Positions 36,200 through 47,900 of a stretch of DNA of 64,000 bases are shown here, piece after piece. This DNA is from Anthoceros angustus (taxonomy: Eukaryota > Plantae > Anthocerotophyta). Each line of letters opens with the position of its first letter. Within the stretch, counting starts at the first letter, position 1. The position numbers were made by a program, and so were the translations under genes. The notes under the pieces were generated by a model that ran no database searches, was not told the origin of the DNA, and was given only the letters and a program-made list of their open reading frames with translations. The DNA is taken from positions 310,001-374,000 of the forward strand of contig VJWM01000192.1 of assembly GCA_010909165.1 (NCBI GenBank). The letters run 5' to 3'.

Positions 36200-36819
36200 G
36201 GCGCTTGTGGCTGCCCCTCAGGATGGAGCAAGCCAGGCAGCGATGCAATTAATACAGCGCAGCGTAGCTAGTCGATCGGCATGGCCGATGTCGAGGACCT
36301 GATCAGAGCCGATCGCCGAGGTTAGGTCACAAGAGAGCGTGCGCAATGTCGGAGCTCATGACCAGTTTCATCCTTCGCCTTCGCTTTCAATGCTTGTAGT
36401 GCCAACGAGGAGCACATGGGTGTGGAGCCTGAGGTGTAGACTACTAGACCAGGCTCCTAATATAAGAGTGGGAGCCAACCAGCGGGCCCCGCGGCTACCG
36501 GACTTATAAGCCTGCCCGGGACATGATGAGTTTGGCTCTTGTGACGCTACTCTCGTCTGCTCTGCTCTGCTCTGCCCTGCTGCCCCGTCCGCTCTGCCCC
36601 GTCCGCTCTGCTGCCTGCGAGCTCACGGAGAGACAAAAGGCGTGCTCTGCTGCTGCGGCCTCCTTGCAGGTAAGGTAGGCAAACGAAAAAAAAAATCATT
36701 CACGTCTCCTATTTCTTTACTCGTATGCTAGTCTAGTGCTTAGGCAGCCTTGATTTCAAGTCAGACTTTCTATCTAGTGTCTAGTGTCTATCCGCGTTCA
36801 CCTGTGGAGGGTGGTAGGT

Positions 36820-37128
36820 ATGGCTGGTTCAATGGATGCCTCTGAGCTGAGCAAGTACGATGGAAGCGACCCCAGCCTGCCCATCTATGTATCCGTCAAG
36901 GGCCGCATCTTCGACGTGTCCACTGGCCGCAACTTCTACGGGCCGGGAGGCTCCTACGCTGTGTTCGCCGGCAGAGATGCCAGCAGAGCGCTGGGCAAGA
37001 TGTCCGTCAAGGAGGAAGATGTGAGCGCCGACATCCAGGATCTCACGGACAAGGAGTTGACAGTGCTGGACGACTGGGAGAAGAAGTTCGAGGCCAAGTA
37101 CCCGGTAGTCGGATCCCTTGCTGCATAG
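36820..37128 (+). CDS. MAPR2: Cytochrome b5-like heme/steroid-binding protein (short MAPR type, 102 aa)
   Basis: ELSKYDGSDPSLPIYVSVKGRIFDVSTGRNFYGPGGSYAVFAGRDASRALGKMS..WEKKFEAKYPVVG; probable 5'UTR intron 36670-36817. Confidence 0.92.
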   Translation: MAGSMDASELSKYDGSDPSLPIYVSVKGRIFDVSTGRNFYGPGGSYAVFAGRDASRALGKMSVKEEDVSADIQDLTDKELTVLDDWEKKFEAKYPVVGSLAA

Positions 37129-37274
37129 ACTGAGGAGGTAGTCCGTAGCGATACCTTTTGAGGGAGTCGACAGCAAGCAGTCCACTTGTTCCGAGTTCAG
37201 GACTCTCAATCTTGAGCCACAATGCAAATTTATGATTGGGTACCCACAGGCAGGGAAGTATCTCACTCTTTGCT

Positions 37275-37400
37275 GCTGACTACATAACACCTACACATAC
37301 AGACTGACTACATAACACCTCCAGACTGACTACATAACACCTGCAGACTGACTACATGCTTGCAGTGAAGTGTCATCATTCTAGCTACTGACTACATGAC
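37275..37400. repeat. Short minisatellite GACTGACTACATAACACCT
   Basis: Three near-perfect and two partial units downstream of the steroid-binding protein gene. Confidence 0.85.
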
Positions 37401-38800
37401 TGCAGTGAAGTGAGATATCTTGACGCAGTTGCCGCCACCGTCGCCGCTGCCGGATGATGGGACGATGGAATGGGCTCGTAAAAATCTTTCCTTTTGGAGA
37501 CAAGATAGATAAATGCCGTGAATTTTTGATGCAGGAGATGTCAAACAAGGGAAACCAAGATGCCCAGGCTAGGCAGTGGCAGGATGCAACTGCTGCAAGA
37601 CGCGTTCCGCTCGGACATACGCGCCCAACCCTCCTAGTGACATGTACTTGAATGCCCGCCACCTGATTTGGCCAGAGGTCGCTTCAGCGCACGCACAGCT
37701 CATCCATCCATGCATGACTCAAAGAAAGCCCACAATTGAGCCCCAGTCCCCAGCCCGAGAGGGACAAATCTTACCAGGAACGGTACGGCAAAGCGATGCA
37801 ATGCAGATGCAGGTGGTCGACGCTGTTGAACGGGGGCCTGTGGAATCCGAACCTTGCAGTGGCAACACACTTGACCTCAAACAGGACGGGACCGGACCGG
37901 ACCGGACCGGACCGGCCGTGCTCATGAGCAGCTGGAGTAGAAGCCATAGAGATGCCTACCTGTAGCTGCTCGCTTGTGGTGCATCCTTGTGCAAAAGGGA
38001 CTGCCCGAGCTTGAGCATACTAGTCACTGCGCGGCATAGGGATGACTGTTGGAAATACAAGAATCCCTGGCAGCGTGAGACGCAGAGCGAGGCAAGTGAT
38101 GAGCTTACCAAGAGCATGATCGCTTTCACCAGGTTCCAGAGCTGCAACGTTGCGCACGTGACGAACCGGAATGACCAAGTAGTGCCTGCGAGGGCACGAC
38201 CACGGCACTTTGAGCTGTAGTGCAGCAAGAGCGAGAGCAGCAGCAAGAGGAGAGGAGAGAGCAACCTCACTTGAGCGCCGCGGGATCTCTATCTTCAAAG
38301 GCCACAATTTGGGAATCCTGGACAAGGCAAGAGAGCAGTGACATCTTACTTCTGCACTTGCACATCAGAGCAAGAGAAGGAGGCTAGCCTAGCCTAACCT
38401 AGCCTAGGATGCATCCTCAGAGGCAAACCTGGAAGAGCACAGCCGGCGTGCGGCTGGCCACCAATCCTTGCACAATTGCACAAAAGGGGCAGCCCATCGG
38501 AATGGAATTGGTTGTCTGAGTCCAAATTGGCCAGCCCTTGGTTGGCCCCGGGTCGGGCCGGGCCAGCGGCGAGGGCTTGGGCAACCGCCACGGTTTATCA
38601 ATTTCCTCTTCCCCTGCTTCCACCTAACACGGAGGCGCGAGCAGCGACCTCGGTATAACTAACTACTCAGGTACCCCATCAATTGCCTTGCTTTGGAAAC
38701 TGGGCAGCCCTATCTTTCAACTCTGAGCGTACGTACCTTGCCTTCCTTGCCGTGCCATCTTACGCGCGGGCCTGCCCTGCCCGTCTTGTGGGCCATAGCC

Positions 38801-39172
38801 ATGCGCAGGAAGCAGCAGCCACCGCCATCGCTGCTCACCAGGGTGGTGGATGCCGTGTTTCGCCTAGTCCGCCTTGCCGAATTTGAGATTCTCTTCTGTC
38901 TGTTCTTCCTCACTATCTATCTGCTCTTCAAGGACCTTGTGAGTGGCTCTCTGCCCCGCTATTCTCGGATTTGCCCTTGTACCATTGCCATGCCCATGCC
39001 AGAAGCTCGCTCTACTCTTCGTTCGTCGCCCCGGTGCTTCTTCACTTGCTAAGCAGGGTCTTTTGGGGCCCGATCTCTCTGACACATTATTCACCTTGTC
39101 TCGCAGACATCGCGTCCAGAGTATAACCAGATCCTTTCTAGGACAGAGGGACCCATTCGTTTTCCAAACTGA
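38801..39172 (+). CDS. Small single-pass membrane peptide (67 aa; exons 38801-38938, 39107-39172), upstream ORF of CFAP20
   Basis: GCCATG start; MRRKQQPPPSLLTRVVDAVFRLVRLAEFEILFCLFFLTIYLLFKDL|TSRPEYNQILSRTEGPIRFPN*; phase-0 intron GTGAGT..TCGCAG. The AEFEILF..FKDLTSRPEYNQIL motif resembles, from memory, a conserved uncharacterised plant small protein. Confidence 0.8.
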
Positions 39173-39176
39173 CAGG

Positions 39177-40717
39177 ATGTTTAAGAACACATTCCAGTCA
39201 GGTTTTCTGTCCATCCTGTACAGTATCGGGTAAGTGATGAACTTTTTGTTGCTTGTCAAACTGTGTGTCAGGGTCTTCCCTTCCCGCCTGCTCTTAACAT
39301 ATGTGTTGGTTGTGACAGGAGCAAGCCTCTGCAAATATGGGACAAGGAAGGTATGTAAGCTCCTCAAGCTTCTGCTCATGCCCTTTCAGATTCACACAAC
39401 ATCTTCTTGCCATGTGCATGTGTATATTGAGCACGATGCCGCTGCACCACTGGACAACGTGTATTGATGGAGAGGGTTGCTAGCCTCAGTCAGGGTTGTG
39501 AGGAAATACTGAAACTGGCCTGCGTCTTGCAGTTGTCAATGGTCATATAAAGAGGATAACCGACGAGGACATCCAGTCAAGTGTGCTAGAGATAATGGGT
39601 ACGAACGTCAGCACTAACTTCATCACCACCCCTGCAAATCCTTCTGCGACGCTTGCCATAAGGTTACCATTTCTGGTGATGATCATCAAGAATCTCAAGA
39701 AGTACTTCACTTTCGAAGTTCAGGTGCTTGATGACAAGAATGTCCGAAGACGTTTCCGAGCTTCAAATTATCAGGTTTGATTTTTTGCCACTATCTTCAT
39801 GCTGGCGATCCCTTAGATGCCCCACATTCCTGGCGTGAAGTACCAAAATTGCTTGGGACTGTGTCTTCAGCCCATTATTATGGGTGTAGCGGTCTTGTGC
39901 AGAGCGGGGGTCAACTTGCATATTAGTCCACATGTTGCAAGCTTTCTGTACAGAAAACTTGGCTCTCTCTCCGTTTCAATGAGTTGGAAGTGATCCTGTG
40001 ACCTTGGAATGGCTAACAGGACCCACCTGGATCAAGAGTACTGGTTAAGCTCTTGAACCTTCCTCGTCTGTTCTGAATGTCTTAAAGCTGCACCCTTCAA
40101 ATGCTGGATGTGAAGTGGCTGTAAGAGTCACTTGTCCCGGTATTGACTCTGCTCAAAACGGTCAGTTTTTTCACGGGTCTTACATGCATTAGGACAACCC
40201 GATGAAGGAAAACTATATGACGCCCGGTCTTGGGTGCTAGCGGGGCATCTAGGGACATGTGATTATTCAAGTGTTTAACTGGCTCGTTTCTATGGAGCTC
40301 GAGTGTCTCACAAGGAGTTGTTTGTTATTTCTTGATTGACAGTCAACAACACGTGTGAAGCCTTTCATTTGCACAATGCCGATGAGACTGGATGAAGGTT
40401 GGAACCAGATTCAGTTCAATCTTTCTGACTTCACAAGGCGCGCCTATGGCACAAACTATGTGGAAACTCTACGAGTTCAAGTTCACGCCAACTGCCGCAT
40501 CCGAAGAATTTACTTCTCCGACAGACTTTACTCAGAAGAGGAGCTTCCTCCAGAATTTAAGCTCTTTTTGCCAATTCAGGTATGAGTACAGGTGTGGAGA
40601 GGGGCTGCAAGTAGTTCATCTGTTTGTGTTTGGGCATGTCCGTTTCAGCACAAGGTTTATGATGTTCAGCTGCCCCGTGACCCTTTTCCACCCTTGTGCT
40701 TTCTGCAGAAAACGTGA
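39177..40717 (+). CDS. CFAP20: Cilia- and flagella-associated protein 20 (BUG22); exons 39177-39229, 39319-39350, 39533-39774, 40343-40579, 40709-40717
   Basis: [102 protein letters not shown]. Confidence 0.98.
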
Positions 40718-41219
40718 TGGGTAACGGATCTTCTATGTAGAATATTTCAGGGCCAGTTGTACGCCTGATGTTTGAGTAGGTAGTTGAGACACATGACTAT
40801 CGTAATTAAACAGGTCGGAGCCCCATTGAAGACTTGTAAACTCTCAAGGACCTGTGACCTCACGTGATTGTGTTGAATTCGGTGGCAACTGCCTAGTCGA
40901 TGTAAGGTCCCATGGAAACGGATCTGGTGAAAAGGTCGAGGCACAAACATCTTTCCACATGACATTCTGACTGCTGGTCAGATATGGAGCTGAGAATTTA
41001 GCCAACACATAAGGTTTTTTTTGGTGTTCCTATGGTACAAAGGATGGACTCAGTTTCAATCTCTGAAGCACATGAACCCTCCCCCCGGTCCTCCCTTCCC
41101 TGCCCGTCTTGCCCGCCTCGCCATCCGTAACCCTCTGTTTGCGTAACTGATTGGCGGCGGCACCACACAGCTTTCGACACCTGCCAACGTTCGAATGGTT
41201 GAGTGAGGCGATCCTGCGA

Positions 41220-43600
41220 TGTTACACGTATGTAGTCTGTGGTGCGAGAAATCTGCTCTGTTGGGAAGCTAAATGAGCGTTACCCAGTCCAGACGGGTGG
41301 CAGGTTTGCAGAAAGGAAATTTCAAGAATCAAGGAGAAGGTTTTCAAAGAAGAGAAAGGGTGCACGGCAGCACTGGGAATTCCCGGGTGGTCACCCATAA
41401 TTTTCAAATATAGTCAGATGTTGCAAAAGTGCTCATGATCCTCTATCCATTGATGTGCACATTACTGGTTTCCACATCTCCCATTTGGTTCTATGAGAAA
41501 ACAATGTCGATGAGATCTTGACGTCCATCAAGGTCGTGGCATCATCAGCGCTTCCTCGTGTCGAGGCAAGGCTACAGAGCGCTAAGGTGCGCATGCTGCA
41601 GATGTGATCTGCCTTTTAGGAAGTGCTGCAGCTGCCACTGCTAAAACTCCTGCTAAAACTCCTGCTAAAACTCACAGGAATCGCTCTCACGAATGGGGGA
41701 AAGAGAATTTCCACTTCGGAAATCCCACAAGAAGTCTTGGATTTGATGGATGGAGGAATGAAGGCCCACACCAAGCAAGAACGAATGGAAGACGGATAGC
41801 ATCAAGGAGCTGAAGTGGAGGCTCTTTGCCAAGATTGTCTTGGGATTGGTAAATTATCAGCGCACCTCCTACTTCAGCACCAATTTCCTGCAATTCTTGT
41901 GGAAGATCGCTCCACTCTCCTGAGAGCGATTCCTGAGCTCTCCTCCTCCGTCCTCAGAATGATTTGACGGATCTCGGACTATCCGGCGAGGATGCATCAG
42001 CATTCCTTTGCAGCAGCGGCAAGGGCTGCCTCCGATTGATGGAGGTTGATGAAATACTCCTCAATCAGCTCCAAGTTGGTGTAGGCCCATTGGTGGCCAT
42101 ACACCCATCCCAATTGGATGTTCTCCTCTTCTGCCCACTGCCTAAAACCTACCAAATCGCGGGGGTTGAGCTGCCCTGCGAAACAAGTAAATTGTGGCAT
42201 CTCGAAATCGCCACCACCCGCGGCGCGGCTCCTGCTGCTGGCTTCTTGCCTCTTCCTCCTCCTGAAGACGAGCCCTTGGTGGGCGCCACCTTCCCCTTGC
42301 CTTTCGCTGCTCGCGTCATGGCGCCTTCTCACTCCCCAAGTGTTCACAATTCCAGACACTGGCAACCTCAGGGCTTCGCTCTCAAGTGCTTCTCCTCCTC
42401 GCGACTGGCAGCAAAACCCCAGCTGAGGCACAATTCAACGTTAGTCCTGGCTTGCGTTTTCAAGTTGCTGCCAATTTCTCTTGCCACTCCTTTCCCCAGG
42501 GCGCCGCCAGCAGGCCAGTCTCGGTGCTCCTCCTTGCGCCCTTGACTTCCGCAGTCGCGAGGCTATAGGCGCCCCCACTTGGTGCCTTCTGACCCTCACA
42601 GTCTCCCTATGCAGCTCGTCGCGCCTGTGTGGCTCCTCCTCACGCTCCAGAGCTCCTACCGCCTGCCTCTTTTCCTCCTTTTCTCCTTCCTTCTTGTCGC
42701 GAGGCTAGGGTTTCTAGCTTCTTCCCTTCGATTTGCGCACAGTCTTCTCTTGTTCGCAGCTTGCTCATGGCGATGGCAGCCTCCCTTCCTTCTCCTTTCT
42801 CCCCTTCACGCTCAAGCTCCATTCTTCGCGTAAAGTGAAGATGCTTCAGTTCGGAGGGAGAGTTGGCGCTGCCTAAACTGGACTTTGCCCGCCTTGGATG
42901 GTTGCCACCTGGAGGCCTCTCAACCCTAGATTGAATCTACCATCCTAAATTACCTATCCTCTTATCCTATTTCGGCTTTTAACTAATCACTTCCTAATCT
43001 AATCGCGCACCCCCTATTTAGCCTATTTATCTAATTCCCTATTGGCAGGCATATATAGTGAATATGCCCTTATTCTAAATTCGATTTCCCGCTCGAAACG
43101 TCCTCAGCCTACAACGGTAGTCTACCAGCTTACCGTGGTAGTCTGCCTACGCTCCTCAGCCTACCAACATAGGTTGGCAGCCTACCGCCCCTTTGGGCTA
43201 CCTACCTGCTTTGCCAAAAGGTCGTTTTGACCCGTTTCTTCTACCCTAAGCATCCTCTTTACCTGCCCAATGTTATCTAGCAATTCCAGCTCCAAAAGAA
43301 TCGAAAAAGCTTCGGCATGTTTCCTCCCAACCGCTTCTTACAAAAAAAAATCAGACCTGTTCTAAAACCGATTCAATTAGGCTAGTTGCCCAAACTTTTG
43401 CGTTCCACATACTCCCCTCCTTACTTGTTTGCGTCCTCGCAAACAACAGGTACCTCGGGCTGAAGGTACTTCTTAACCTTTGTGGGAGAAAAACCCCGGG
43501 GCTTCCGAGATTTCCCCTCTAGCGGCCACACTTATCCCACTGTCGTTTTGTACGTTGGGTTTCGTCCCATGAGACTTGTGTGAACGATCGGATTCTGGGG
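41220..43600 (-). mobile_element. Degenerate retroelement fragment with accessory ORF remnant
   Basis: Broken minus-strand ORFs (E/R-rich 42640-42830; FRQWAEEENIQLGWVY..TNLELIEEYF in 41997-42431). 43535-43580 is similar in reverse to 6767-6815. Ends uncertain. Confidence 0.5.
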
Positions 43601-44989
43601 AAACAATCGCTACTTGTAGCAACACACTACCTCAGCCTTCTAAACAAACAAGGCGCCCTCTACTCTCCCCCTTACAGTAGCTACACCACTTGCACTGCTT
43701 CGAAAACTCAACAATCCTCGAGCTACAACGACACAACACAATTGCAGGTCATGCCTAAGCACCAAGAAGTCTATCACGAGCGCCCAGGGACCCCCCTGAC
43801 CCACACCGCAATTTCGTCCCTACTTCTAAGGCCAATCTTCTCCACTCAGGGAGCGCCCTCTTACTTGCAGATTTGGGATTCGTCCCTTAGGCTCTGCCTA
43901 TGGCCTTCCACTATGACCTGCACTCTAATCCTCTACTCATCTCCTCATCCTCCTCCTATCCTAACCTTAGTTCGGGCTCACTGGCCTCGGCCCGCCCTTA
44001 CGGCACAACTGCCTGGGGTCCGCCTACACGCCAGCAAGTTCTTCCTTGGGCCGGTTGCTATGTGTGGAATGAAAAAGTTTGGTCAAGTAGGTAGGAGGTA
44101 GGTAGGTGATTTCTGACATCGTAAGCAGGAGCCCATCGTAGGCAATTGGTAGATAGACCGGTAGGTTGAAATGGGACTTAGAATTTCTAGCGGGACACTA
44201 ACCTTTGGGATTCACAGACTAATCTTGACCCCCGTTTTATAGGCAAAAAGCCCTTGGGCTTTGGTAGGTTGCGGAAGAAAAATACCTTGATCCTCGGAGG
44301 ACGGGGTAGGTGACCCTTGGCCTTCAGGCAGGAAAAGTCGGGTCGACTATTTCGAGGGGTAAGGAACTAACTTCCTTGGCCTTCGAAAATCGCACATGCA
44401 AAAGAGGCTATATATGCAAGGGGGCGGGGAGGGTGGGGATGGAGAGTGCGAGGCGAATATAGCAAATCAAGTTTTGAGTAGGGACCCGTCGATGGCGCCA
44501 CATGGCGAACATCGCAGAGGAGCGCAACTGGAGAAATCCCCATTGGGATCTACATGTACCGGCAAAACTTTAGTAAGCCAGGGTTTGGACACTTCGGGGA
44601 GTAAAGCGGAGAAGAAGGGGCTGGCCCGAGAAGGAGGATCCGTGCAAGCGAAGGAGGCGACTTTTGGCGAGCGAGGAGGAGAGGCAAGCTGCAATTTCGC
44701 GAGGCGAGGAAGAAGCGAATTATCACCATTTGGGGAAGAGGTGACGAGGCAAGAAGAGGGGCTTTGACTTTTTCAGGGAAGGAGCATCGAGCCAAGACAC
44801 CTGGCTTGCTGGTGAGGAGCTAGGAGGAGAGCTTCGACGTAGTAACGGTGGTGAGCGATTGCTGGAGAAGAAGGGCTGCTGGCACGTTGTTGGAGGGGAG
44901 CCTGAGGGGGATCAGTTCGACATTGTAGAGGCGAGACCTCTCGCTTCACGACCTCAGCAGCCGTCCCTTTTGCTTACTCTTTCTCTCTA

Positions 44990-47900
44990 GCCTAACAGGT
45001 TGCTTTCCCCTACCCTCCCAAATTCTATCCTTGTGTGTGCTCCTTTTGTGCAGATGGTGAGGATTATCAGGACGGGTGGAGGCACCCCAACTCAAGGGGA
45101 TGGGAGAAAGGCAGTGCCACCCACACCTCCCAGTCGAGGCAAAGGCAAGAAGCATCCCATGCCTGAGTTCGACTGTCGCCCCATCCAAATTTCACCTCGA
45201 GACTTGGACACTTTCGAGCGGTACACTGAGGAATTGAAGATGGAGTGGTTGTATTTGGTGCCGGGATGACACTTCTCAAGCCCAACATTGGTGCATGAGT
45301 GTGCACGACAATTACGGGCCACGAAGGGAGAAGCCAGGATGCCCGAGGACGTCACAGTCCGAAGTCATCCTGGGACGTGGAAGGTGCGCCATTTTTAGCA
45401 AACCTATCTGATACCCGAGGCGTACAAGGGAGGAATCATCCCATCGGCCCAGTTCTCTAAGAATCAGATTCCAGAAGCGGCCATGGATATGTTCCTACGA
45501 CCCAAGGAGGAAGTTAGGTCTCCTAGTAATGGTTGGCGAGTTTCTATGTTCAAGGAGAGGAAGTGGAACCTCTTCGCCAAGATTTGGTTGGGATTGATTT
45601 GTGCCGCCAGGAAGACCTACAAAGGCAATTCCCACCTTATGATGATCTACAAAATGTCCAAGGGCCAGTTGGTAGATTGGGCGAGCATTCTCTATGAGCA
45701 TGCGGTAGCTCATAGAAATCATTTGATGAGTGAGGAGGCCAAGATCAGTTTTGTCTCCACCTTCCTAGTGCATCTGTATCACAGGGAGGAGGTTTTGAAG
45801 GAGGAAGAACTGGAGGAAGCTAAGATAGAAACCTCCTTAGTCCGAGTGGTAGAAAGGGAGCCGTCACTGGCGGCCGAGGACTAGGAGGAGGTAGACTGTC
45901 GACCACCAGGGAAGAAACCACTACCTCCAGCACACCAGCATGAAGCCTCTGGATCAAGAACCAAGAATGACAAAGGGAAAGAGAAGGAGCTCATGACGGC
46001 TCCTGCGGAGAAGATAGGAAAGGACTCCCGACCCACCTACCAGGGGACTTCGTATTGGTAGGCAGTCGCCATCGGCAGTAGGAGGCCTAGTAGGAGCCGA
46101 ACCACCTACGAAGGAGGGAGCTCGTGCGGGAGGAGCTCCAGTTGAAGAGGGACCTACGGTGGGGGAACAAGCTCCTACCGACGAAGGACAGTATGGGCCT
46201 GTTACCATGGAAGCAGAGGGCGACAAGGAAGAACGCCGAGGAATGTTGGTGACCTACGCACCAGCAGGAGGAGGAGTAGGAGGTGTGATGAGAGCAGCTG
46301 GAATCTTCCAGAGGATGGCTACCAAGCTGCAGGAGGTTGGGCCCAGGGATGCCTGGTTGATAGTTTGAGAAGCAAAGTTCGTGCCGAACCGGGATGTGAA
46401 GAAGGAATTGGAGGATGTGGAGAAGAAGCTCAGGGGAGCCTTGAAGACAACCTCCGAGAAGCAACACTCTGTCCTAGACTTGGCCAAAGAGCGAGATAGA
46501 ATCACCACGGTGGTGAATGTGGGAAATGATAGACCGGTCTTGGGGAGGGAAGCTAGTTCAGCCAAGAAGGTTGAAGAGATGCAAGCCGCCAAAAATCAGG
46601 CGGAAGAACGTTTGAGAACGGCCTTGGAGAGGGTAGGAGAAGTGAATAGAGAAGGAGGTCACTACCACATATGAGGCCCGAAAGGACCTTGAGGATGAGA
46701 AGGACCTCCTACAGAAGACATTACTGGCCATGGACAAGCGGAAGGAGTATTACAAAGGGAAGTCCGATGGCCTAGCAAGTGAGAAGCAGGAGTGGGACAA
46801 TGTGGCTAGAGGACTCAAAGAGGAGCTCCGCATCACAAGGAACTCTGGACCAGGCGACAAGGAAGAACGCCGAGGAATGTTGGTGACCTACGCACCAGCA
46901 GGAGGAGGAGTAGGAGGTGTGATGAGAGCAGCTGGAATCTTCCAGAGGATGGCTACCAAGCTGCAGGAGGTTGGACTGGGGACTGTAGATGCCCTGGTTG
47001 ATAGTTTGAGAGAAACGACCGAAGTTCGTGCCGAACTTCGGGATGTGAAGAAGGAATTGGAGGATGTGGAGAAGAAGCTCAGGGGAGCCTTGAAGACAAC
47101 CTCCGAGAAGCAACACTCTGTCCTAGACTTGGCCAAAGAGCGAGATAGAATCACCACGAAGCTGGTGAATGTGTGGGAAATGATAGACCAGGTCTTGGGG
47201 AGGGAAGCTAGTTCAGCCAAGAAGGTTGAAGAGATGCAAGCCGCCAAAAATCAGGCGGAAGAACGTTTGAGAACGGCCTTGGAGAGGGTAGGAGAAGTGA
47301 ATAGAGAAAAGGAGGCAGTCACTACCACAGCTAGCAAGGCCCGAAAGGACCTTGAGGATGAGAAGGACCTCCTACAGAAGACATTACTGGCCATGGACAA
47401 GCGGAAGGAGTATTACAAAGGGAAGTCCGATGGCCTAGCAAGTGAGAAGCAGGAGTGGGACAATGTGGCTAGAGGACTCAAAGAGGAGCTCCGCATCACA
47501 AGGGAACTCCTGGACCAGCAGCGACAACAATCGAACCACCTTGCCAACGCCTACGGGACGGAGGACAGGAACTGCAGGAAGGAAGTGCTGACGGTCCGGC
47601 ATACCTTGAAGGCAGTACAAGCCCTCAGGGAGGAACAAGCTAGAGCCACGGCAGTAGCAGTAAAGCGCTTGGTAACAGATGCCAAGAAAAAAGATGAGGA
47701 GATTGGGAAGCTCACCTTGGAACTGGAAAGGGCAGAGATCGAAAGAGAGACCGCTGTAACGAAGGTGGCAAATATAGCCGAGTGGGAGGAGCGCGTCAAC
47801 CCACTACGAGTTAGAATCATGGACGTACAGAAGAGGGAGAGTGGCAGAGTGGCCACTTACTACAACAACCTCTTGGAGACCATCGAGGAAAGATACAACA

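Noticed and set aside
37950-38330. Possible small secreted or membrane protein ORFs on either strand
   Set aside because: No ATG-started ORF with a recognisable motif or splice structure.
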